Part shown: one piece after another, positions 1 to 9,007 of the stretch
How positions within the stretch are numbered: the first letter of the stretch is position 1
Layout: every line of letters starts with the position of its first letter
Assembly: GCA_016219325.1 (NCBI GenBank)
Contig: JACRNH010000002.1
Coordinates: 3,862 to 67,861 of the forward strand
Origin: Candidatus Collierbacteria bacterium
GTDB taxonomy: Bacteria; Patescibacteriota; Microgenomatia; UBA1400; JACPES01
DNA length: 64,000 bases
Reading direction: 5' to 3'
Notes under the pieces: model-generated
Database searches by the model: none
The model's input: only the letters and a program-made list of their open reading frames with translations
Told to the model about the DNA's origin: nothing
Program-made: the position numbers and the translations under genes

Positions 1-150
1 CCGGTAATCTGCCATCCGGCGTTTCAAGTTCTAAATAAGGAAGGGGATAGACCCATTGAACGCCGGCCAGACAATATAGCAGCTTTAATTTTTCATGGAT
101 ATAGAATAAATCTGGCAGAGCAATCCGGCGATAGGTTTAAAGTCCTACTT

Positions 151-546
151 ATGGAAGATCCCCAGAAAGAAATAAATAGTCCTGATGCATTAAGCGTTTA
201 TTTGGCAACGGAATTGACTGATGAGAAGCTGGAGATAACAACTACGACAAGAAGGTACGATTTGCTTCCTTCAGTTGGCATAGTTGTTGACACTCACGCT
301 TTTGTCAAATCACTTACAGGAGAAGTTGACGATAGAGTTAATATTTTATCGAGATGGAACGATCATGAGGAACATCCATTGAGAAATTCTATTAACGACG
401 GACGAGGATATCAGCTCCCTTCAGTCACCAGATTGGTGCTGGAAGAAGAGGGGAAAATTGTAATTGATCCGGGATATTGGCGGAATGGAAGATATTATTT
501 TCGCAGCAATGAACCTTCTTTGGTAGCTTTGGCCGGAATAAAATAA
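151..546 (+). CDS. hypothetical protein
   Basis: 131-aa ORF, ATG start, no recognised motif. Confidence 0.6.
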   Translation: MEDPQKEINSPDALSVYLATELTDEKLEITTTTRRYDLLPSVGIVVDTHAFVKSLTGEVDDRVNILSRWNDHEEHPLRNSINDGRGYQLPSVTRLVLEEEGKIVIDPGYWRNGRYYFRSNEPSLVALAGIK

Positions 547-604
547 AAATATAGTTTTACTTCCTTCGGCTTCAATTGAAAAGGGTATAATAATTTAAAC
601 TCTT

Positions 605-675
605 AGGGCTGTAGTGAAATGGCATCACAAATCTCTCCAAAAGATTTATTTCAGGTCCGAATCCTGACAGCCCTG
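605..675 (+). tRNA. tRNA-Trp (CCA)
   Basis: Acceptor stem AGGGCTG/CAGCCCT, anticodon arm AAATCT-CTCCAAA-AGATTT, T arm TCAGG-TCCGAAT-CCTGA, discriminator G; CCA tail not fully encoded. Confidence 0.93.
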
Positions 676-751
676 CCGTTAACAGATTGCAAAGATCTCC
701 AACCCCGCCACTGCGGGGCGATTCCTTCCACCCCTGCCACTAATTGTCATT

Positions 752-1093
752 TTGTCATTTGGTGTACAATTAATAGGCAGAATGCCAATTACGGCTGAAG
801 ATTCTCTCAAACTGCCTCCGATTGTTAAGGAAATTGCCGGCGTTGACGATAAAAGACTTGGGGCGACTGCTTTGGCATACAATTTTCTTTGGCAGAAATC
901 TTGTGGAGCAGAAGAGGGCTTAAAAGAAGCTATAGATAGCTTGGTGACAAAACATCCTTGGCTGGAAACTCCAATATCAATTGATCAAGCTGGATTAAAT
1001 CCTTTGCAAAAAATCAGACTGTCGATTGAAAAGGAAAAATTAGCTCTTTCGGCCAAAGGCTTCAATCCATGCGCTGACCACAGTCTAAACTGA
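752..1093 (+). CDS. hypothetical protein
   Basis: 113-aa ORF; start uncertain (ATG at 782 is an alternative). Confidence 0.5.
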   Translation: MSFGVQLIGRMPITAEDSLKLPPIVKEIAGVDDKRLGATALAYNFLWQKSCGAEEGLKEAIDSLVTKHPWLETPISIDQAGLNPLQKIRLSIEKEKLALSAKGFNPCADHSLN

Positions 1094-1096
1094 TTC

Positions 1097-1148
1097 CGGT
1101 AATACCATCTTGACAATCAGTATTACCGACTGATAGTATAGTAATACT
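1097..1148 (+). promoter_or_regulatory. TA promoter with probable operator inverted repeats
   Basis: TTGACA 1110-1115; -10-like TAGTAT/TATAGT 1134-1142; inverted repeat CGGTAATAC(1097-1105)/GTATTACCG(1120-1128); further GTAATAC half-site 1141-1147. Confidence 0.65.
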
Positions 1149-1433
1149 ATGTTCGGAACGTCAACAGTTACCACCAAAGGCCAGGCGACTTTTCCTCAAG
1201 ATTTAAGATTGATGCTGGGGATTAAACCCGGAGATAAATTATCTTTTGAGGCGGACTTGCAAACTAAAACCATCAAAGTAAAAAAAGCTTCCGAAAGTAT
1301 TGTTGACGAATTGTATGGTTGCCTGCCGTCAAAGATGGGTTATGTTGACATAAAAACAGTTAGAGAAGTAGCCGGAAGAAAGTTGGGTGAATTTTATGCC
1401 CAAAAACTACAGAAGCAGACCAAGAATATTTGA
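1149..1433 (+). CDS. AbrB/MazE/SpoVT-family antitoxin
   Basis: STVTTKGQATFPQDLRLMLGIKPGDKLSF swapped-hairpin signature; directly upstream of PIN gene. Confidence 0.9.
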   Translation: MFGTSTVTTKGQATFPQDLRLMLGIKPGDKLSFEADLQTKTIKVKKASESIVDELYGCLPSKMGYVDIKTVREVAGRKLGEFYAQKLQKQTKNI

Positions 1434-1806
1434 CACCAATATTTTTCTTAGATTTATTACTGGTGATAATCCAAAATTCAGTCCAGAGGCTAAGCAATTG
1501 TTTATCCGGGCCCAAAAAGGCGAATACAAGATTTATCTTGACGAATTGGTTTTTGGAGAAATAGTATGGACATTGCAAAGTTTTTATGATTATACGAGAG
1601 AAGAAATACGGAAAAATTTGGGAAATCTCTTAAACTCTAATTTTGTAGTTAATCCCCGAAAAAGGCTAATGAAAAAAGCTCTGGAAAAATACGTGATGAT
1701 GACTAACTTAAGCTTTTCAGATTGCTGGATTTATGAATTATCCAATGTTGAATCTATGAGATTAGAAACATTTGACAAAGGCCTCTCAAAACAGGTAAAA
1801 AATTAG
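1396..1806 (+). CDS. PIN-domain (VapC-like) toxin
   Basis: IFDTNIFLR, E in LVFGEI, LSFSDC, TFDK PIN motifs. Confidence 0.9.
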   Translation: MPKNYRSRPRIFDTNIFLRFITGDNPKFSPEAKQLFIRAQKGEYKIYLDELVFGEIVWTLQSFYDYTREEIRKNLGNLLNSNFVVNPRKRLMKKALEKYVMMTNLSFSDCWIYELSNVESMRLETFDKGLSKQVKN

Positions 1807-3044
1807 CCCCACTCCTTAATTTCCTCCTGCGGGAGCTTGAGCTTTTTGGGAGTGGTTAGAAGTAAAAAGACAGAGATTAGCGTAACTCCCAATCCCAATA
1901 TCGCAAAAGTTTTTTGCTCTCCGAAAAATTGGGCCGTCAATCCGGCTAATACCGGGCCGATGATATAGGCGATACTAAAAGTGGAATTGGACAATCCGAT
2001 TAAATGCTGATCCTGTTTCCCCATTCTGGCGATGATGTCCGAATAGACGGCATCAGATAAAGGATAGGCGATGCTTAACATGATGCTTGAAATCAGAATG
2101 ATTAAAAGTATTCCGGCCAAACTATTGGTAAACGCCAGAAAGGTTAGTGTTAAACCAGCGATCAATGTCAGGATTTCGGCAATTTTCTTTTTTCCGGAAA
2201 AAATCTTCTTTTTGGCTAAGAATATTCCTAATGGTATTGATGGAAGGGAATATAAGGGGATAAGCATTCCGCCCCAAAAACTTTGTTGGGCTAATGTTTC
2301 GTTCCAAACGGTGCCAGTCGTCCAAAAAACCGAGTCAATGATCCCCATAGTCAGGCTTAAAACTAAAATTTGCCAAACATGTTTGATTAAAGAAGCCCAC
2401 TTTTTGTATTCCGCCATAAAATTAATATGATGAAGTTCAACTTCCAGTGGTCGGTCATGGTGTCGTCTGACTGCGAGGGCAATAAACAAAGCGATTAGCG
2501 TGAAAGATGAAGCAAAGATTATTAATTTTTGGTCGCCGGCGCTGGTTAGCCAGACCGACAGCATCGGACCTAAGAAATATGCGACGCTTTTGAACATTGT
2601 GATCCATCCCCAAGCCGAGGCATGGCCATACCTTGGGACATAAGTGGCTACCAATTGATGATTGGAAAAAGCGATCAGCTCATAATAAATGCCCCAAGCA
2701 GCCATTGCTCCCAAAAGAATGATTATGAACGGCATTTTGGTAGCTATTAATAATAATCCCGCGAAAGCAAAACTGGTCAAAATAGCTTGCATCAATAATT
2801 TTTTGACTGTCATATTTTTTAATATTTGAGGAAGCAGAAAATCGGCTCCAAGTCCTACCAGCGAAGAAAATCCCATGACCAGGCCCATTAAAAAAGCCGA
2901 GTTCATAGAATTCTGAACAAATGTCGGTACCCAATAGCTCAAAATCGCGTCGGACAGGCTGATAAAGAAAATAACTAAAGTGATGGAAGCGATCTTAAAC
3001 CAGAAGCTATCCGGCTGGGCGTGGATTAGTAATTTCCGCAACAT
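1803..3044 (-). CDS. MFS transporter
   Basis: About 12 hydrophobic segments, SIAYIIGPVLAG motif; start refined to MLRKLL. Confidence 0.8.
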   Translation of the reverse strand: MLRKLLIHAQPDSFWFKIASITLVIFFISLSDAILSYWVPTFVQNSMNSAFLMGLVMGFSSLVGLGADFLLPQILKNMTVKKLLMQAILTSFAFAGLLLIATKMPFIIILLGAMAAWGIYYELIAFSNHQLVATYVPRYGHASAWGWITMFKSVAYFLGPMLSVWLTSAGDQKLIIFASSFTLIALFIALAVRRHHDRPLEVELHHINFMAEYKKWASLIKHVWQILVLSLTMGIIDSVFWTTGTVWNETLAQQSFWGGMLIPLYSLPSIPLGIFLAKKKIFSGKKKIAEILTLIAGLTLTFLAFTNSLAGILLIILISSIMLSIAYPLSDAVYSDIIARMGKQDQHLIGLSNSTFSIAYIIGPVLAGLTAQFFGEQKTFAILGLGVTLISVFLLLTTPKKLKLPQEEIKEWG

Positions 3045-3096
3045 AAGATTTATCTTAACATGAAATTTGAATGAGAATATAATCGGTCTAAACATT

Positions 3097-4543
3097 ATGG
3101 ATAAAGTTGGAAATGGGGAAAATGTAATTGAGGCTTTAAGAGCTGAATATAGAGATCAGGTAATAAAAGAAGTTTCGGTTAACGGTCTCCACGAAGCCCA
3201 TATTCATTTGATTGAAGGTGTTTTAGGAATTGACGATCTGATGGCTGTCGCCCAAAAGGCGGGAGTAGAGTTGGATAACCAAACCTGGGAATTTATCGGC
3301 GGAATAATGGGGGAAAAAAATCCGGCCACGGATCTGCCGTCATTTATAGGCAAACTTTGTACTCCGGGACTCAGGATCATTGAAATAGCCAAAATCCGAC
3401 AGGAATTGTTAAGAGCAGAAGATGAAATTAATCCAAAGCAGATTATCCGGGCCCAAAAAGACGTTTTAATAGCGGTTGAGCAGGCAGCATTGAATAAATT
3501 GAATAAAGCCGGAGTCACCAGCGTTGAAGGTTTTGCTTCGCCCCACGCTTTGACCGGCGACGGGGATTTGGCAGACCTTAAATATTTATATAACCAGAAA
3601 ACAGATGAAGGTCTGCCGCCATTTTTGGGAAACCTGAAATTGTTTTGGGACCAGAATAGCGGGAAGTTAAAAGAAGCCGGGGCATTAATGGCTTTGGAAG
3701 ATTATTTCGAGGCTTTGGACGAGGGGCGGGAGGAATTGGGATGGAAAAAATTGGATGAAAAATTTAAGACAGGCGATATTAAGAATAGATACGTTTCGTG
3801 GAAAGCTTGTTTAAGGAGAGAGAAAGGAGAGGGGGCGAAACTTGGAGATAAATTTGGGTTAACAGTGTCGCAGCTAGCAGATGTCTATCGATTAATTCAT
3901 CTGTATGAGAAAGGTTTGCTTGCTGGCGTAGATCTGGCCGGTAATGAAGGAGATGCTACAACAATGGCCGAAGTTTATCGGCCGGTATTCGTCGTGCTAA
4001 AAGGTGCTAAAAGAAAATAATGTCCCCGACAGCAATCACGCCGGAGAAAAAAAGCTGAGTCCGACAATAAACTCGGATTTTGAAATTGGCCTGAACAATA
4101 TCACTACGGCGATTGATTTTGGAGTTGACAGGATCGGCCACGGAACTTTTTTGCTCTATGCTTATCAAAATTATGATAATCCGGAGCTTGGAGAAAATAT
4201 TAAAAAAGATCTACTGGAACTATGCAAAAAGGGTGATAAATTTTTCGCAAATGGTGGGATGTTGGAAATTTGCTTGACCAGTAATCAATTAACGAATGTA
4301 GCTGAAATTAAAAATCATCCGATTTTTGCTGTTTTGAGAAGAAACCCTGATTTTATTAATCATATTTTGATTTGCACCGATGATCCGGCGGTGGCAGGGG
4401 ACAAAGACCCTCTTTTTATTGAAGAATTGGTAAATTTTTGCATGTACGCCGGTTTGCCGGTTCCGGAAACACTGGCTAAGTTAAGGGCAAACGCCGGTAA
4501 AACCGTTTTCAGGCACATCGGGCCAGTTGACAATCCTAATTAA
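3097..4543 (+). pseudogene. adenosine deaminase-family metallo-amidohydrolase, frameshifted
   Basis: EAHIHL and GVDLAGNE in ORF 3067-4020; HAGE, RIGHG, EICLTSN, CTDDP in ORF 4004-4543; split by a 10-bp duplication at 3994-4013. Confidence 0.8.
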
Positions 4544-4567
4544 TCTCTGTAATAATAGGCCAATTCT

Positions 4568-5179
4568 ATGAATTTCAGGAAATTGGGGGTTATTCTTTCT
4601 TCAGCAGTATTTTTGGGTCTGCCATTTCAGGTATTCGCCCAGGATTTAACTGTTACCCCGTCAACCCGCCGGGATAAAGTCGAAGAGAGGATGGAGAACC
4701 GGCAAGAGAAATTGCAGGAGCGGCAGGATAAAATGGAAGAGCGCAAAGTCCAAGTTGAAGCCCGCCGGACCGAAAAGCAAAAGCAAATTGTAGAGAGAAT
4801 GAAAGGGAAATTGGCGGAAGTGGTCGGCAGAATGAATAAAATCTCTCAAAAATTACGGGAACACGTCGGTAAATTGAGAAACCGGACCGCAGAAGCGGCC
4901 AAAAATCGGGGAGCGGACACGTCCAAAGTTGAGGCAGCTTTAGTTGAAGCCGAAAAGCATATTGGCTTGGCGGAAACCGCGATTGCCGAAGTTAAATCCA
5001 AATTATCCGAGCTTGATTCCGCTGATAAGCCTAAAGATACGGCTCAAACATTCAGAACCGGCGTTCAATCAATTCATACTCACTTTAAAGAGACAAGACA
5101 AAATTTAGTTTCGGCAGTAAAAGCTCTTAAAGACGCGGTAAAAGAAACCAGGCCGACGGGAGCGGCAGAGGAACAATAG
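4568..5179 (+). CDS. secreted coiled-coil protein
   Basis: Signal peptide (..QVFA-QD) followed by K/E/R-rich helical sequence. Confidence 0.75.
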   Translation: MNFRKLGVILSSAVFLGLPFQVFAQDLTVTPSTRRDKVEERMENRQEKLQERQDKMEERKVQVEARRTEKQKQIVERMKGKLAEVVGRMNKISQKLREHVGKLRNRTAEAAKNRGADTSKVEAALVEAEKHIGLAETAIAEVKSKLSELDSADKPKDTAQTFRTGVQSIHTHFKETRQNLVSAVKALKDAVKETRPTGAAEEQ

Positions 5180-5186
5180 CGTGTCA

Positions 5187-5219
5187 GTCATTGCGAGGAG
5201 CGAAGCGGCGTGGCAATCT
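5187..5219. repeat. small REP/RPE-like palindromic element
   Basis: GTCATTGCGAGGAGCGAAGCGGCGTGGCAATCT, ATTGC..GCAAT arms, GC-rich, intergenic. Confidence 0.65.
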
Positions 5220-5221
5220 AT

Positions 5222-5476
5222 ATGAAACAGGTATTAATATTAATCGCAACATCATTGATATTATCCGGCTGTTGGCTGAATAATTCCGGAGCTTGGAAAT
5301 CATCCGGAACTGCCGAACCTGCCAAGATCGAGGAAACTCCGATCGCGGCTCCGACTCAAACTGTGGAAGAATTGGGGGTACAGACAGATACGGTTTTAAG
5401 CGCGGAAATGGATGCCGACTTCAAGTCTATTGAAACCGACCTCAAGCAGCTGGACGAAAACCTAAAAGGATATTAA
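5222..5476 (+). CDS. putative lipoprotein
   Basis: MKQVLILIATSLILSGC lipobox. Confidence 0.75.
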   Translation: MKQVLILIATSLILSGCWLNNSGAWKSSGTAEPAKIEETPIAAPTQTVEELGVQTDTVLSAEMDADFKSIETDLKQLDENLKGY

Positions 5477-6074
5477 GTATAAATTGAATAACAGGTCCGG
5501 TTAGATAGAAAATCGGCGCGGTCCCTCCCCACGGCAAAACCATCATAATTAATAAAATAGTTCCGAATTGGGCTTGAATCTGTTCCCATTCGCGGGCTAA
5601 AGATAAAGGGAGTATACCTGATAAAATTTTACCTCCATCCAAAGGATGAACCGGAACGAAATTGAAAACAGCGAGGACAATAGAAATAACTATAAAAGGC
5701 TGCAGGATTAAAAGGCCTAAAAGGTTAGAAGGTAAAAAGCGAAGTAGAACTGCCGCTAAAGTCGCAGTCAGTAAATTTGACGCCGGTCCGGCTATTGAAA
5801 TCAGCATCGCGTCCCGCCGCGGATTTCTTAAGTTAAACTGGTCGAACTGAACCGGCTTTCCCCAGCCGAAACGGAAAAGAATCAACATTAAAGTTCCAAT
5901 TGGGTCAAGATGGGCCAGGGGATTAAGGGTTAGCCGTCCCTGGAGCCGGGGAGTGGGGTCGCCGAGGCGGTCCGCGGCCCAAGCGTGGGCGAATTCATGA
6001 ATTGTAATTGCGGCTGCGATCGCCAAAAGCGAAATCAAAAACGACAATGGCGAACTGATTAGAGTGTCTATCAT
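5442..6074 (-). CDS. site-2 protease (M50 family)
   Basis: HEFAH, AGPASN, FNFVPVHPLDGG; start refined to MIDTL. Confidence 0.92.
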   Translation of the reverse strand: MIDTLISSPLSFLISLLAIAAAITIHEFAHAWAADRLGDPTPRLQGRLTLNPLAHLDPIGTLMLILFRFGWGKPVQFDQFNLRNPRRDAMLISIAGPASNLLTATLAAVLLRFLPSNLLGLLILQPFIVISIVLAVFNFVPVHPLDGGKILSGILPLSLAREWEQIQAQFGTILLIMMVLPWGGTAPIFYLTGPVIQFILNILLGFRPAA

Positions 6075-6088
6075 TAATAATTTGATAA

Positions 6089-6229
6089 ATAATATATACC
6101 AATATGTACCAATGATAAATGACAAATGTCAGATAAAAAATTCGACGTTCTTTTATTAGTGCAGATTAGTACATATTTGTATATATTTGTCATTTTAATT
6201 CCGTTATATACCAATGATAAATGACAAAC
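6089..6229. repeat. degenerate 10-/7-nt tandem repeats in inverted arrangement
   Basis: AATATATACC-AATATGTACC-AATGATAAATGACAAAT vs ATTAGTGCAG-ATTAGTACAT-ATTTGTATAT-ATTTGTCATT; TACCAATGATAAATGACAAA recurs at 6209-6228. Confidence 0.75.
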
Positions 6230-6606
6230 TAAAGACTTTTATCTGTGAATTTCTTGTTTTTAGTATTTTTGATTATAGCGCTAAATATTTTTATTAACTG
6301 GTCAGCTTCTTCTATCAAAGAATCTACTTCAATTTCAGGCATAATGCTTCTAAAAATTCTTAGCCAATAATGACTTTCTTTTGCTTCCCGTTTGGTTAAC
6401 TCGTATTTGTAAATAAAATCATTTGTACTTGATGCCCCATCAGTTTCTTGGTCATTTGCTCCCGTTGACGTTACTGCTCTTGTTAGTTGCCCAACGATTA
6501 TTTTATTTCGTGGGCTATAGGGGATTTTATCTAAAAGTCTCAAGACGCTGACAACCCAGCTAAATACGCGATCATGAATGTTCCGTATCTGCTTGCTATT
6601 TGTCAT
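6229..6606 (-). CDS. four-helix-bundle protein (23S rRNA IVP / TIGR02436-like)
   Basis: QLTRAVTSTGANDQE..S..DF..K....REAKESHYWL family pattern. Confidence 0.88.
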   Translation of the reverse strand: MTNSKQIRNIHDRVFSWVVSVLRLLDKIPYSPRNKIIVGQLTRAVTSTGANDQETDGASSTNDFIYKYELTKREAKESHYWLRIFRSIMPEIEVDSLIEEADQLIKIFSAIIKNTKNKKFTDKSL

Positions 6607-6658
6607 TTGTGCAGATTGGTGCAGATTTATCATTATTCATTATGCTATCATATCTATT

Positions 6659-6859
6659 ATGTCTTTAACTTGCGATTCCTGCGGAAAGGGTTATCAGCGC
6701 GGCCATAGCGTATCTCACGCTAAAAACCGCCATCTGCGGATCTTTAAACCCAATTTGCACCGTCATCTGGGCCGCTTACTCTGCACCCGCTGCATTAAGA
6801 AATCCAAGAATCAACCTGCCGGAAAGGAGCAAGATAAAAATGAGCGTCAGGGAATGTAA
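6659..6859 (+). CDS. rpmB: 50S ribosomal protein L28
   Basis: CDSCGKGYQRGHSVSHAKNRHLRIFKPNL..LCTRCIK. Confidence 0.92.
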   Translation: MSLTCDSCGKGYQRGHSVSHAKNRHLRIFKPNLHRHLGRLLCTRCIKKSKNQPAGKEQDKNERQGM

Positions 6860-7103
6860 AGCTAAAATGTGTTCCGTCACAGAATCCCTGCTGCAAGATT
6901 GGACTGGTTATTTTCATTGTCTGGCTACGGCCGGCCCGGTGGTATTTAATCGATGTCCGGATTGTTTGGCCGGAACTTTACTGGCCGAACTGGGACAGTC
7001 GGTTGAAACGCTGGCGGAACTTCGCGACGGAATTTCGTTATTGAAGAAACCCGCCCACCCGAGTTTCAACGAAGGCCACGACGGAATGATATTGTCGGGA
7101 TAA
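6840..7103 (+). CDS. hypothetical Cys-rich protein
   Basis: 87-aa ORF with CxxxxC and CPDC. Confidence 0.45.
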   Translation: MSVRECKAKMCSVTESLLQDWTGYFHCLATAGPVVFNRCPDCLAGTLLAELGQSVETLAELRDGISLLKKPAHPSFNEGHDGMILSG

Positions 7104-7124
7104 TTTTTCTGGTATTATCTTCCC

Positions 7125-7628
7125 ATGCCCGAATCCGCCGCCGAACCAACTCCAAATTATCCGAGCGAAGTTGATAGGGAAAATTACCTTGATAGTCTTG
7201 AACAAGCAGATCAACATAATGTTGAAGCTGTCTCCGATGCGTTTTTATCTCATCTTACAAAAAACGGTAAAACAGGGATTTTGATCGCAGTCGGAGGAAC
7301 TGTCAAATCCGCGACTTTTGGCATTCCCAGAGAAGACGTGGACTTATTAGCTGTAATTAATGGAGCAAATGATTTTGATGATTGGTTAGAGCAAATTAAA
7401 CAGGTTAGTCAAGAAACAGGAATAGCCGTTAGTAAGGTTCTAAAACCGGTTCCGGATAGAGAGTATGATATTCCTAACTTTAACATACATGACGGATCTG
7501 TGGAATTAGCGCCCGATTTGGGAGTTCCGATTGAAATTGTCAATACCGAGGTATGGAAAAATGTAGAAACAGCGCTGGAGGAGCTTCGGGCAGAAGCGTC
7601 GTCGTTTAGTGTCTTAGCGCAATCTTGA
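7125..7628 (+). CDS. hypothetical protein, possible nucleotidyltransferase fold
   Basis: AVGGT...EDVDLL resembles the GG/GS..DxD motif. Confidence 0.5.
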   Translation: MPESAAEPTPNYPSEVDRENYLDSLEQADQHNVEAVSDAFLSHLTKNGKTGILIAVGGTVKSATFGIPREDVDLLAVINGANDFDDWLEQIKQVSQETGIAVSKVLKPVPDREYDIPNFNIHDGSVELAPDLGVPIEIVNTEVWKNVETALEELRAEASSFSVLAQS

Positions 7629-7733
7629 CCTCGATTTTTTCGGTCCGTGGACCAGAGAGGGGAGAACTACCAATACTCCGGCAAGCAGTAAAATCGAAAG
7701 CGACAAATAAAACATGGCTAAAACCTCGGTCAT
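7614..7733 (-). CDS. small single-TM protein with basic tail
   Basis: MTEVLAMFYLSLSILLLAGVLVVLPSLVHGPKKSRSRLR; ATGA overlap with the upstream ORF. Confidence 0.6.
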   Translation of the reverse strand: MTEVLAMFYLSLSILLLAGVLVVLPSLVHGPKKSRSRLR

Positions 7734-7954
7734 AATATTTTTTGAGCTATAGATATGCTGATTATCCAAAACACAATTGTAACAACTAGTCCCCATCCTA
7801 TCAGGAGCGGATTACTTTTGTCAACTAAAGCGGGGATTACCACCGTCCCTAAAGAAATTTGAGCGCTTTCGGCCAATATTGACGAAATTCTCTCCAGCGC
7901 GGCATTGGTTAATCTACGTTTAGCCGGCACAAGCAAAACTAGGGTTTGATACAT
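7730..7954 (-). CDS. small two-TM membrane protein
   Basis: 74 aa, two hydrophobic segments; layout like 38364-38633. Confidence 0.6.
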   Translation of the reverse strand: MYQTLVLLVPAKRRLTNAALERISSILAESAQISLGTVVIPALVDKSNPLLIGWGLVVTIVFWIISISIAQKIL

Positions 7955-7982
7955 GAATATAATCTTATCAGATAATTATGTA

Positions 7983-8984
7983 TTAAATAAATTCTATCCC
8001 CGGATGTCCCGCCAGAAACGCCTTCCAACTAATCGGATTTTTGCCGGGCAGTTGGACCTCGTCGATTACTAAATAATTCTGAATTCTGAATTCTGAATTC
8101 TGAATTGGCTCAATATGGGATTTATTAATTATTATTCTGACAGTTTTGAATTTTGAATTTTGAGTTTTGAATTTGGAGTTAGTCCACGCCCCCGGCCACG
8201 GCGTTATTGCTCTTATAAATCTTTCTATCTCAACTGGCGTTTTTTTCCAGTCAATCTGGCCCGAGTCTTTGGTAAGTCTATGGGTGTAAGAAGTGGGAGA
8301 CTTTTCCGGCTGCTTAACTTCATTAATTTGTCCATTTTCTAATTTTTTAAGCGTTTCAACAATCAATTTACCGCCGAGTATTCCGAGGCGGCGAGTTAAT
8401 GTTTCCCGCGTATCTTCGGACGAACCCGATTTTTTTCTCTGGAAAAAATCGCCGGTACGCCCGAACCCCGAAGGATCGCTCTTTACGGGCGTGGACGTAG
8501 ACCACGACGTAAAGGTAGATTCCTTCTGGGGTGGTTGTGAAATTTTCAGCGATCTTTGTCCCAGCACCGGTCCCAAATCAATTTCTTCCGTCATTTTCAT
8601 AATCGAAACCCCGGTTTCTTTGTCTCCATTTGCCATCGCTCCGAAAACAGGCGAAGCTCCGCGCCAGCGCGGCAAGAGCGAGGCGTGGACATTTAAACAA
8701 CCGTATTTTGGCCAGTTCAGAATTTCGTTGGGAAGAAACGGCGGCCCGAAGGCAGCGAGAACAATAGCATCTGGGGTGTCGCTAACCGATAAGCGCGAAC
8801 CGATAAACGTCCCCCGAAGAGAAGCAATAGAGATATCTTCATTCCGGTTAACGATTAGCGATTGACGATTAATGATGTTTTTTTGTTTCGCGACGACGAT
8901 TGGCACCTCATGTCCCGCTTCCAGCAACGCCTCCAGCACCGGCGGCGAAAACCATGGATCGGATCCAAAGAAAATAATCTTCAT
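7983..8984 (-). CDS. fmt: methionyl-tRNA formyltransferase with in-frame repeat insertions
   Basis: MKIIFFGS, NVHASLLPRWRGASP, ETGVSIMKM..EIDLGP, IDW, PWPGAWT. Confidence 0.93.
   Translation of the reverse strand: MKIIFFGSDPWFSPPVLEALLEAGHEVPIVVAKQKNIINRQSLIVNRNEDISIASLRGTFIGSRLSVSDTPDAIVLAAFGPPFLPNEILNWPKYGCLNVHASLLPRWRGASPVFGAMANGDKETGVSIMKMTEEIDLGPVLGQRSLKISQPPQKESTFTSWSTSTPVKSDPSGFGRTGDFFQRKKSGSSEDTRETLTRRLGILGGKLIVETLKKLENGQINEVKQPEKSPTSYTHRLTKDSGQIDWKKTPVEIERFIRAITPWPGAWTNSKFKTQNSKFKTVRIIINKSHIEPIQNSEFRIQNYLVIDEVQLPGKNPISWKAFLAGHPGIEFI
8415..8506 (-). repeat. structured ~92-bp element, copy 1 (inside fmt)
   Basis: Homologous to 34286-34376; shared CGTGG.CTACGTCCACG, CGGGGTTCGGGCGT, GATTTTT..AAAAATC, CGTCCGAA. 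Confidence 0.85.
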
Positions 8985-9007
8985 ATCTTTAATTATAGCC
9001 CCGCAAT

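Noticed and set aside
1-140. Partial gene at the left edge
   Set aside because: A short open frame exists on the minus strand but has no convincing start or motif
3994-4020. Programmed ribosomal frameshift in the deaminase
   Set aside because: An exact 10-bp duplication fully explains the frame break
6229-6606. Diversity-generating retroelement (Avd-like gene)
   Set aside because: No reverse transcriptase and no TR/VR pair differing at adenines seen in the window
7730-7954. secG
   Set aside because: Size fits but the SecG LLQ..KG.G motif is absent
8293-8865. Long antisense ORFs (also 2071-2430, 24852-25241, 29339-29833, 42803-43279 and others)
   Set aside because: Shadows of well-supported genes on the opposite strand
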